The notes beneath the pieces are model-generated. The model was not told the origin of the DNA. It saw only the letters and a list, made by a program, of their open reading frames with translations, and searched no databases. Shown in pieces: positions 8,317 to 16,629 of a DNA stretch of 26,689 nucleotides. The DNA is taken from NCBI GenBank assembly GCA_965602975.1, contig CBFDBF010000001.1, positions 1 to 26,689 of the forward strand. Reading direction: 5' to 3'. The stretch comes from an uncultured Gammaproteobacteria bacterium. Lineage in GTDB: Bacteria > Pseudomonadota > Gammaproteobacteria > Chromatiales > Chromatiaceae. Numbering within the stretch: position 1 is the stretch's first letter; every line of letters starts with the position of its first letter. The position numbers and the translations under genes were made by a program.

Positions 8317-9069
8317 ATGATATTTAAACAACTATTTGAAACGGATTCGTCTACCTTTACCTATCTGATAGCAGACAGCGATTCAGGCGCTGCTATTTTG
8401 ATTGATCCGGTGCTGGAAACGGCCGAACGCGATTTACAGGTTTTAAAGGACATGAATCTGACGCTTACCGCTACATTGGGAACGCATGTTCATGCCGACC
8501 ACTTGACCGGAGCCAGGTTACTGAAAGCTAAAACAGGTTGTAAAATTGCTTATCCTGCCATGGTGAAACATTCTTGTATTGATATCGGTATCAAGGAAGG
8601 AGAAGCATTCAAAGTTGGCAATATAGAGCTCAACCCATTGTTTACACCGGGACACACCGATCATCACCATGCCTATCTGATAGATACCCCGATACAGAAG
8701 TTACTGTTTACAGGCGATGCCTTATTGATTGAAGCCTGTGGTCGGACCGATTTTCAATCCGGTAGTGCAGAGGTTCTTTATAATAGTATTCATAATAAAA
8801 TTTTCTCTTTACCTGATGAAACGCTGGTATATCCTGGTCACGATTATGAAGGACGGTTTATCACGTCTGTGGCACAGGAAAAGGTACGTAACCCAAGGTT
8901 GGGTGGTGGTAAAAGCAAGCAGGAGTTCATTAAGATAATGGACGGGCTTGATTTACCTTATCCGCGAAAAATAGATTTTGCTGTGCCTGGCAACGAGCAG
9001 TGCGGAATCTGTCCAGACAATATACCGGACGAATTTAAAGGCAGTTGCGCCATTTACGATCAGGGATAA
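8317..9069 (+). CDS. MBL-fold persulfide (sulfur) dioxygenase, ETHE1/Sdo-like
   Basis: FKQLFETDSSTFTYLIAD, LIDPVLE, THVHADHLTG, TPGHT, FTGDALLIEACGRTDFQSG, LPDETLVYPGHDY, EKVRNPRL, LDLPYPRKID.AVPGN motifs characteristic of ETHE1-type enzymes. Confidence 0.85.
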   Translation: MIFKQLFETDSSTFTYLIADSDSGAAILIDPVLETAERDLQVLKDMNLTLTATLGTHVHADHLTGARLLKAKTGCKIAYPAMVKHSCIDIGIKEGEAFKVGNIELNPLFTPGHTDHHHAYLIDTPIQKLLFTGDALLIEACGRTDFQSGSAEVLYNSIHNKIFSLPDETLVYPGHDYEGRFITSVAQEKVRNPRLGGGKSKQEFIKIMDGLDLPYPRKIDFAVPGNEQCGICPDNIPDEFKGSCAIYDQG

Positions 9070-9227
9070 AGAAAAAATTAAGAAGAATTAAGTGGTTAGC
9101 ATCCTTAACTGCCAGTCTATATTTAGAGTATCGTTTGATTTAAACGGGAAAATATCAGGGGTTGTCAGGTGGTAACGTTAATCAGTTACTCCATAAGGAT
9201 GCCGAAAAACAGCGCGGTGCTTGTTAA

Positions 9228-9327
9228 TTTTAACATTACACATGAAAAATGATGATGCCCCCTTTTATCGCGCATTTTTCGTTCTCTGCTCTCGCTATAA
9301 ACGCGTCGGTTACTGCTGGAGTTAGGC
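9228..9327 (+). other. Degenerate attC/attI-like site providing the 5' core of the methyltransferase cassette
   Basis: Ends in GTTAGGC (9321-9327), complementary to GCCTAAT at the end of the downstream gene; internal dyad TTTATCGCG/CGCTATAAA; left core (TTTTAAC) is imperfect. Confidence 0.4.
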
Positions 9328-9376
9328 TATGAGAGCACAAAGATGTTACACATGATATGGGGTTGCGAGAATCCAA

Positions 9377-9991
9377 ATGAATAAAAAAGATCACTGGGAA
9401 AATATCTATAAAGATAAGTCTCCTCTTGAAGTAAGCTGGCACCAAAAGAAGCCAACTATTTCACTGGCCCTCATCAAAAGGATCGCGCAGAATAATACTG
9501 ATTATATAATTGATGTTGGAGGTGGCGCCTCTACATTATCTGATTTTCTTCTAGAAGATGGGTTCAATAATGTAACTGTTCTTGATTTATCCTCTAATGC
9601 CCTTGCGCACACCAAGCAACGACTGGGGGATAAATCCACTTTTATAGAGTGGAAGGTAGAAGATGTAATGAACTTTGTGCCTACTCACAAATATGATATA
9701 TGGCATGACCGCGCAGTATTTCATTTTTTAACTGCTAAAGAAGATAGAGGGAAATACAAACAAGTATTAGAGTCGTCTATTAAGACAGGAGGTTGCGTAA
9801 TTATTGCTGCATTTTCAATTGGAGGACCCAAGAAATGTAGTGGCCTTGATATAGTTCAATATGATGCAGTAAAGCTAAAAAGTGAATTAGGTAATAACTT
9901 TACATTTATTGAAGAAAGGTATGAAAATCATATTACTCCTGCAAGTAAGGAGCAGAAATTCGGTTATTATATTTTCACTAAAAATGCCTAA
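9377..9991 (+). CDS. Class I SAM-dependent methyltransferase (gene cassette)
   Basis: HWENIY...VSW, motif I IIDVGGGAS, VLDLS, YDIWHDRAVFHFL. About 30-32% GC in sampled lines. Stop codon lies inside the attC R'' core. Confidence 0.88.
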   Translation: MNKKDHWENIYKDKSPLEVSWHQKKPTISLALIKRIAQNNTDYIIDVGGGASTLSDFLLEDGFNNVTVLDLSSNALAHTKQRLGDKSTFIEWKVEDVMNFVPTHKYDIWHDRAVFHFLTAKEDRGKYKQVLESSIKTGGCVIIAAFSIGGPKKCSGLDIVQYDAVKLKSELGNNFTFIEERYENHITPASKEQKFGYYIFTKNA

Positions 9992-10074
9992 TAAGAAAAT
10001 TAAGTCGTTCGCTGCGCTCACTGAGACTCCGTAAAGCGGCACTGAACTAGCACCCCTTGTTTATAATGTTATGC
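9986..10074 (+). other. attC site (integron cassette recombination site), 89 bp
   Basis: R'' GCCTAAT (9986-9992), L'' AAATTAAG, central GTCGTTCGCTGCGCTCACTGAGAC, L' CTTGTTT, 5 bp spacer, R' GTTATGC (10068-10074). L''/L' pair with one extrahelical base. Confidence 0.75.
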
Positions 10075-10098
10075 TTTAAAAATACGAGAACAAAAATT

Positions 10099-10488
10099 AT
10101 GAATATCCCAATGGTCATAGCAGGTGCATTATCACTACTAGCATTTTTTGCTCATGCATTTGTAGGCGATAAGGAATACGGGGTATTGAAACCAGAGACG
10201 GAAGCCCCTTCAAAAAATAAAGAAACTTGGGTGCAAGTAAGAAGCGGTTGGCATTGGGTTAGCGTAGACTTATTACTTTCAGGTGTTGTTCTGCTATTAA
10301 TGGCAACAACTGAGATTATAAAAGCAAAAACAGAAATATCCTTACTCCTAAGCATTTACTTTTTTGTTTGTGGTATTGTTTGGCTTGGTACTGTTTTACT
10401 ATCTAAAAGTGATAACAAACAAATTCTAGTTGTGGGTCAGTGGATTTTCTGTTTTCTCATGAGCGGTCTTATCTATGCTGGAACATAA
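10099..10488 (+). CDS. Hypothetical integral membrane protein (about 4 TM helices), second gene cassette
   Basis: 129 aa with four hydrophobic segments; ATG 10099 lies just after the GTTATGC core and the gene is followed by the complementary core GCATAAC. Confidence 0.75.
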   Translation: MNIPMVIAGALSLLAFFAHAFVGDKEYGVLKPETEAPSKNKETWVQVRSGWHWVSVDLLLSGVVLLLMATTEIIKAKTEISLLLSIYFFVCGIVWLGTVLLSKSDNKQILVVGQWIFCFLMSGLIYAGT

Positions 10489-10492
10489 GTAA

Positions 10493-10519
10493 GCATAACA
10501 AGCGACTGTGGCATCAACC
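10493..10519 (+). other. Left half of an attC site, truncated by an IS3-family insertion
   Basis: GCATAAC (10493-10499) is the exact reverse complement of GTTATGC (10068-10074), followed by AAGCGACTGTGGCATCAACC and then an IS end. Confidence 0.6.
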
Positions 10520-10690
10520 TGAACCTCCCCCGATAAAACGGACACTAACTTCTAATAGGAGAGTGTTTGATGCCAAGATACAACCAACCGAGAAAGACTT
10601 GGAGATACATAGAAGAATTTAAAGCAGGCAGTACAGCTAAGCTATTTAGATGGCATACAAGTAAAAGAGGTTGCGGAGACACCGATGCTT
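10520..10690 (+). mobile_element. IS3-family remnant: left end plus frameshifted, truncated orfA
   Basis: TG-initial end TGAACCTCCCCCGATAAAACGGACAC; RBS AGGAGAG; ATG 10570 MPRYNQPRKTWRYIEEFKA, continuing after a frameshift as AVQLSYLDGIQVKEVAET (HTH-type OrfA). No orfB or right end in view. Confidence 0.7.
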
Positions 10691-10731
10691 AAGTTCATGT
10701 GTTTGACGTCAGGTGTCGCAAAGACAAAAAA

Positions 10732-10885
10732 TGGTGAGGCCTCCCGTATCGCTGAAATAAGGGGGCGGCATGAGCAGTTGCCCCCGCGTGAATTGGAGGT
10801 GGTGGGGCAGGTGGTACGTGGTAAAAGAAATAAGATGATTGTGTCAGATCTTATGCGTATGGCGATAGCGCTGGAGGGGTGTTAA
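10732..10885 (+). pseudogene. Fragment of the FixJ/TtrR-like regulator C-terminus with a 26-codon in-frame deletion in the HTH
   Basis: EASRIAEIRGRHEQLPPRELEVVGQVVRGKRNKMIVSDL|MRMAIALEGC versus the intact gene; GVSQSTVEVHRSRVMEKMGAKSMSDL is missing. Confidence 0.88.
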
Positions 10886-10924
10886 GCAGTTAGCTTGGCA
10901 TAGAGCAGTGGTAGCTCTCTTGGG
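10732..10924 (+). repeat. Direct repeat copy 2: decayed response regulator 3' end plus the functional norD 3' end
   Basis: See copy 1; ends at ...GCTCTCTTGGG (10924), matching ...GCTCTTTTGGG (7657). Confidence 0.92.
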
Positions 10925-12714
10925 AGCTGGGATGGTTTGTGGATAAGCACATAGTTACCGCTGCCAAAGAGGTAGGGGAGATAGTCATTTCCACGACGAT
11001 CAATGGTTACACAGAAGGGTTGCAGGCCGAGTTGTCGGGCCGCATTGACCGCCTGCCGAGTATCTTCTATACCGTAACGCCCCTCATACTGATCCAGGTC
11101 ATTAGGTTTTCCATCGGTCAAAATTAGTAGCAGGCGTCGGCTTGCAGGCTGCTCGGTGAGTAGATTGGCACCGTGGCGGATGGCTGCCCCCATCCGGGTG
11201 TAGTATCCAGGTTTGATGGCGTTGATACGACCACGTATGTCGGCACTATAGCGCTCCTGAAAGGTTTTTATCTGATGAAAGCGGATCGGATCCCGCTTGC
11301 GCGAGGAGAACCCATAGATAGCGAAGGGGTCACTGGTGGCGTCCAGGCTCTCCGCAAAGAGAAACAGGCTATCCTGTACCACATCTATAACGCGTCTCTG
11401 GTTGTTTATCCAGGAGTCGGTGGAGAGAGATAGATCGGCCAGTAGTAGACAGGCCAGATCCCTGGCGCCTACTCGTAGATCGCGGTAGAGATTGTCTGCT
11501 ACCGCCTGATAACCGGATGCACGGTCACTGGTAAAACGTAGATAGGCATCTAGATCAATCTCACACCCATCCTGCTGGCCACGGTACCAGATACGGGCTG
11601 GGGCCAACTGTTGAAATTGTGCTTTTAATTTCCTTGCTGTGTGGTTTAGGTGTTTTGGTAGCGCACATGGTACTGCATTAGCGGCGATCATCGGGAATAG
11701 GCGGCAGTGATCTGGCTGTAGAGACTGTTTTTTGTAGTCCCACTCGGGTAGAAAGATCCCCTCTCCCAGTATGCGGTCATCATTGGCTTCAGATGGCAGA
11801 TCGAGGTCAAAACGGAGTTGGCTGGCTGAGGATGCACCATCTCGAGTTATGCTCATTGTCTCCATATCATCCGCGGCATTGGCCGCACTCTCCAGATCCT
11901 CATCCTCCTCTGTGCCACGATCCAGCTTGATAAAATCGGCCCAGGTAAAAATAGTCTCCATACGCAGGGTGATCAGTCCACGATCCTCTGCTGCCTTCTC
12001 TGTCTGTTCAGCTTTGCGTCTGCGCTGGTCCTCTAGCTCTTGTGTAGGGCCGTTTCCGGTTGAGTCGCTCTTTTCATCAGATAGACCAGTATAGGGTGTG
12101 GCGGTTGGAGGTGATGGATGCAACCATAGCGGGACAGGTTGTGGCGCTTTATTAGCAGATGGTAGCAGCCCGTATGTTCCAGGTTGATGCAGAGCTGCGC
12201 ATATCGCCTGCGCCTGCAACGCCTCTGCCTTGGGCAGTTTTGCTGGGTCTATGCGTTGTTTTAGGTGTGCGGTTACCAAGCGTTCATAGCGGGGTTTAAT
12301 GCCGGGATAGTTTTTGAGTGTCTCCAGGGTTAGCCGTTGGTTTTTAGCGAACCACGCCTCTTCATCTCCTCTGTCACCTACTGCCATAGCGGCTAGCCAG
12401 AGATATAGGTCTCGATTGAGTGATCTGGTTGGAAAGCAGTCGATGGTGGCAGGAAGGCGGAGCGACAGCTCATCGCGCCATGCGAGTTCAACTTGTCGAT
12501 TGCTATCGGCAATCCGTTGTAGCCAGCTACGTCTGGCGTGGTGGTCGGTAGCGTTGGCAGCTTCAACCTGTAGCCCGCCGTCACCTCCAAGTGCACGGAA
12601 CAGTATGCCTACAGTGCGATTCACCTCTTGCAGGGAGACGCCAGCCTCTGGGTGACGGGTATCTGCTGCCCGGGTAATAAAGCGATCCCATATCTGTCCT
12701 ACATGCTCTTCCAT
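10882..12714 (-). CDS. norD: Nitric oxide reductase activation protein NorD (VWA domain)
   Basis: MEEHVGQIWDRFITRAA N-terminus, LPEWDY, QDGCEIDLDA, MIDAS LADLSLST, PGYYTRMGAAIRH, LTDGKPNDLDQYEGRYGIEDTR; in a nor cluster. Confidence 0.93.
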   Translation of the reverse strand: MEEHVGQIWDRFITRAADTRHPEAGVSLQEVNRTVGILFRALGGDGGLQVEAANATDHHARRSWLQRIADSNRQVELAWRDELSLRLPATIDCFPTRSLNRDLYLWLAAMAVGDRGDEEAWFAKNQRLTLETLKNYPGIKPRYERLVTAHLKQRIDPAKLPKAEALQAQAICAALHQPGTYGLLPSANKAPQPVPLWLHPSPPTATPYTGLSDEKSDSTGNGPTQELEDQRRRKAEQTEKAAEDRGLITLRMETIFTWADFIKLDRGTEEDEDLESAANAADDMETMSITRDGASSASQLRFDLDLPSEANDDRILGEGIFLPEWDYKKQSLQPDHCRLFPMIAANAVPCALPKHLNHTARKLKAQFQQLAPARIWYRGQQDGCEIDLDAYLRFTSDRASGYQAVADNLYRDLRVGARDLACLLLADLSLSTDSWINNQRRVIDVVQDSLFLFAESLDATSDPFAIYGFSSRKRDPIRFHQIKTFQERYSADIRGRINAIKPGYYTRMGAAIRHGANLLTEQPASRRLLLILTDGKPNDLDQYEGRYGIEDTRQAVNAARQLGLQPFCVTIDRRGNDYLPYLFGSGNYVLIHKPSQLPRELPLLYAKLTA

Positions 12715-12716
12715 GG

Positions 12717-12782
12717 CTATGGATCTGAGTGATTAAGGTTTGGTGTTATGGGGTAGACAGTGATGGTGTTATAACTGCTCAT
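12717..12782 (-). CDS. 21-aa mini-ORF (MSSYNTITVYPITPNLNHSDP) directly upstream of norD
   Basis: Strong AGGAGGT RBS before ATG 12782; TAG stop ends 2 nt before the norD ATG; overlaps the end of the upstream gene. Translation unproven. Confidence 0.3.
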   Translation of the reverse strand: MSSYNTITVYPITPNLNHSDP

Positions 12783-13161
12783 GGCTACCTCCTATCAGTG
12801 GGAAGTAGTACTTCTCTCCAGCTATTGCTTTAATCAGACCCAACAGTCCAGGAATGAGAGAAATTGGTACGACCACAATGAAATAGACCTCGAAAATAAT
12901 TAGTGCATATATGGAGTAGTATCCACCTAACAGGAGTATTAGTATATTGGCCGCTAAAAAGATTGCAGTAGTAATCAGGGCTGCAGTAAAGGCCTGACGC
13001 AGGTGATTGCGTACCAATGCCTCCTTATGTTTGCGGTGACGTAGATATATCCCGGTCAACAGCAGCATAGAGATAATTGGAAACAGCAGATTAAGCAGAT
13101 AGAGACCTTCACCTGTTATGGCGAGTCTATGCGTGGCTGGTTGTGTGGTGGTTGTAGTCAT
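12769..13161 (-). CDS. Small 3-TM membrane protein (DUF4870-like C-terminus) in the nor operon
   Basis: Three hydrophobic segments; C-terminal GLIKAIAGEKYYFPLIG resembles the DUF4870/Tic20-like signature; ATG overlaps the norQ stop (TGATG). Confidence 0.65.
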   Translation of the reverse strand: MTTTTTQPATHRLAITGEGLYLLNLLFPIISMLLLTGIYLRHRKHKEALVRNHLRQAFTAALITTAIFLAANILILLLGGYYSIYALIIFEVYFIVVVPISLIPGLLGLIKAIAGEKYYFPLIGGSHEQL

Positions 13162-13964
13162 CAGGTGCGGCCAAAAACTATATCTACCACCTCCATCAGC
13201 GCATTTGTTGTATCTTCATCATCGCTAAGAGGCTCTACTAAGGCGGCACGGCACGCCTCTAGGGGGTCATATCCACCTAGAATAAGGGTGGCAGCATATA
13301 CCAACAGACGGGTGGATGCTGCCTCTTCCAGATCATGATCTTTAAGCGCGCGCAGGGAGTTGGCGAGTGATACTAGTCGCTTGGCAAGTTGCGGTTCAAT
13401 ATCGGTCTCTCCTAGTAGAATCTCCACCTCTAGATCTGGTCTAGGAAAATTTAGCCGCTGAGCCACAAACCGCTGTCTGGTACTGGGCTTCATCCCCTTT
13501 AATAGATTTTGATATCCAGGGTTGTAGGAGACCACCAGCATAAATTCAGGTGGTGCATGTAAAATCTCACCGGTCCGTTCGATGGGCAGGATGCGTCGAT
13601 CATCGGTGAGTGGGTGGAGCACTACGGTAGTATCCTTACGCGCCTCTACCACCTCATCCAGATAACAGATAGCCCCTTCACGGACAGCACGGGTGAGTGG
13701 GCCATCATTCCAGAAGGTGTTGCCATCACCAATCAGGTGTCGCCCCACCAGATCTGCAGCAGTCAGGTCATCATGACAGGCCACAGTATAGACTGGGCGT
13801 CCTAGACGGGCTGCCATATGGTTAATGAATCTGGTCTTGCCACAGCCAGTAGGCCCCTTTATTAGCATCGGTAACTGGTGTTTATAGGCGTGTTCGAACA
13901 GAACAATCTCATTGCCCTGTGGTTTGTAGAAGGGTGGTTGATCAATACTGTTATGTGCGCTCAT
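13161..13964 (-). CDS. norQ: AAA+ ATPase NorQ (CbbQ/NirQ/NorQ family)
   Basis: LPMLIKGPTGCGKTRF (Walker A), CHDDLTAADLVGR, YLDEVVEAR (Walker B), SYNPGYQ, LKGMKPSTRQRF, EEAASTRLLVYA. Confidence 0.95.
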   Translation of the reverse strand: MSAHNSIDQPPFYKPQGNEIVLFEHAYKHQLPMLIKGPTGCGKTRFINHMAARLGRPVYTVACHDDLTAADLVGRHLIGDGNTFWNDGPLTRAVREGAICYLDEVVEARKDTTVVLHPLTDDRRILPIERTGEILHAPPEFMLVVSYNPGYQNLLKGMKPSTRQRFVAQRLNFPRPDLEVEILLGETDIEPQLAKRLVSLANSLRALKDHDLEEAASTRLLVYAATLILGGYDPLEACRAALVEPLSDDEDTTNALMEVVDIVFGRT

Positions 13965-13973
13965 GAGTAATCC

Positions 13974-14249
13974 TCAGCCTGCCAGATAAAACGCAGTTCC
14001 TATCATGATGCCGGGTATGAATAGCCAGATTATGACTGGCCAGCGCCACATCCCTCGTAGCCGTCCCAGCCCCATAAAATAGGCACCTACCAGTTCACCT
14101 TTGATGAGAGCTAATAGAAGCACAAATAGTGATGTTTTTATACCGCTTAATCCCATCTGTCCTATAAAGAAGGTTACACAAGTAAACGTGATAAGCAAGA
14201 TATAGACCCAGGTGCAGGGGCGGATCCCCATTGTTTTATTTACATTCAT
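13974..14249 (-). CDS. NorF-like / cytochrome c oxidase subunit IV-family small membrane protein
   Basis: Three TM helices with ...LALIKGELVGAYFMGL... motif; lies between a norE-like gene and norQ. The start could be 14231. Confidence 0.7.
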   Translation of the reverse strand: MNVNKTMGIRPCTWVYILLITFTCVTFFIGQMGLSGIKTSLFVLLLALIKGELVGAYFMGLGRLRGMWRWPVIIWLFIPGIMIGTAFYLAG

Positions 14250-14256
14250 ATTGCTA

Positions 14257-14850
14257 TCACCGCATTACATAAACTAGAGGGAAGAGGATTATCCATACCA
14301 GATCAACCATATGCCAGTAGGAGGCTCCAGTCTCCACTCCGGTATGATCTGTTGCACTGTATTTGCCACTTTTCGCCATGATGACAATGGCAGCAAGAAT
14401 TACCATGCCCATAATGACATGCATGAAATGGAAAAAGGTGAGAGAGAGATAGAACATGTAAAAGGCGTTGGTGCTGAGATTGATCCCTTCACCAAAATGG
14501 TGGGCATACTCCGCCGCCTTTACTGCCACGAAGAGAGCGCCCATGCCTATTGCGGCCAGTAGCCAACGTATACAGTGTTGCTGGTTATTTAATTTGATCG
14601 CCGCTACTGCTCGTACTACAAAATAGGAGCTGGTGATCAGCGCTATGGTATTGATTAGTGCGGCCTGACGATCCAAGTGTAGTTGGTGTTCATTAAATAG
14701 CTCTACGTTATTCATGCGGGTGAATGCATAGGCCGCAAAAAACAGAGCGAATACTAGAAGTTCAGCCAGGATGAAAACCCATATTGCCAGGTCTCCAGGT
14801 GGGTACCTGTCGGAGTGGTCATTAGTGGCTGTTGTGGCTTCGTTAGTCAT
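14257..14850 (-). CDS. norE: NorE-like cytochrome c oxidase subunit III family protein
   Basis: PPGDLAIWVFILAELLVF, NTIALITSSYFV, FYLSLTFFHFMHVIMG, ETGASYWHMVDLVWIILFPLVY (COX3 fold). Confidence 0.85.
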   Translation of the reverse strand: MTNEATTATNDHSDRYPPGDLAIWVFILAELLVFALFFAAYAFTRMNNVELFNEHQLHLDRQAALINTIALITSSYFVVRAVAAIKLNNQQHCIRWLLAAIGMGALFVAVKAAEYAHHFGEGINLSTNAFYMFYLSLTFFHFMHVIMGMVILAAIVIMAKSGKYSATDHTGVETGASYWHMVDLVWIILFPLVYVMR

Positions 14851-14955
14851 AGAAAAAGTATACCTAAAAAGGGGTATGCCCTTTATGTTTATCTTAGAGT
14901 TGCATCAAAATATACACGTTTGTTCTGGTTACGCACCTCTCCTGCTGTAGCTTAA

Positions 14956-15156
14956 GGCCATCCATGGCCTCTCGCGGCATACGACCGCCAGGGATGGTGG
15001 AAATGCAGAAAATGCCGGAGCGATTTTCTGTGAGCCCATCCCTCTTAGCATTCACCGCTTCGGCCGTTGCTCACGGCCATCCATAGCCTGCCGCAACACT
15101 TGTACATCCTGTACATCGTCCACGCGCCTCTCGCGGCATACAGCCCATCCCTGGGC
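14956..15156. repeat. Nested palindromic repeat cluster between norB and norE
   Basis: GGCCATCCAT(G/A)GCC at 14956 and 15075; GCCTCTCGCGGCATAC at 14967 and 15126; GCCCATCCCT at 15034 and 15143; hairpin CAGAAAAT/ATTTTCTG (15006-15030); tandem TGTACATC x2 (15101-15117). Confidence 0.8.
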
Positions 15157-15158
15157 AT

Positions 15159-15191
15159 AAAAAAAGGCGGGCACCTTGCAGTGCCGGCCTT
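15159..15191 (-). terminator. Intrinsic terminator after norB
   Basis: Minus strand AAGGCCGGCAC-TGCAAG-GTGCCCGCCTT running into a T tract (7 T total), 35 bp after the norB stop. Confidence 0.8.
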
Positions 15192-15225
15192 GAACAGGAG
15201 AAAACATTCTCCTGAGAGGGTTTAT

Positions 15226-16629
<1,404 letters not shown>

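Noticed and set aside
10685-10885. 66-aa ORF as a real gene
   Set aside because: It is a chimera of IS-adjacent sequence and the decayed duplicate of the regulator 3' end, lacking the REC domain and recognition helix.
14895-14908. Second FNR/DNR box upstream of norE (TAGAG-TTGC-ATCAA)
   Set aside because: Only one half-site matches, and spacing to the nearest -10 candidate (TATACT) does not fit class II geometry.
14956-15156. CRISPR array
   Set aside because: The repeats are of different types, nested and irregularly spaced; there is no constant repeat-spacer period and no cas genes.
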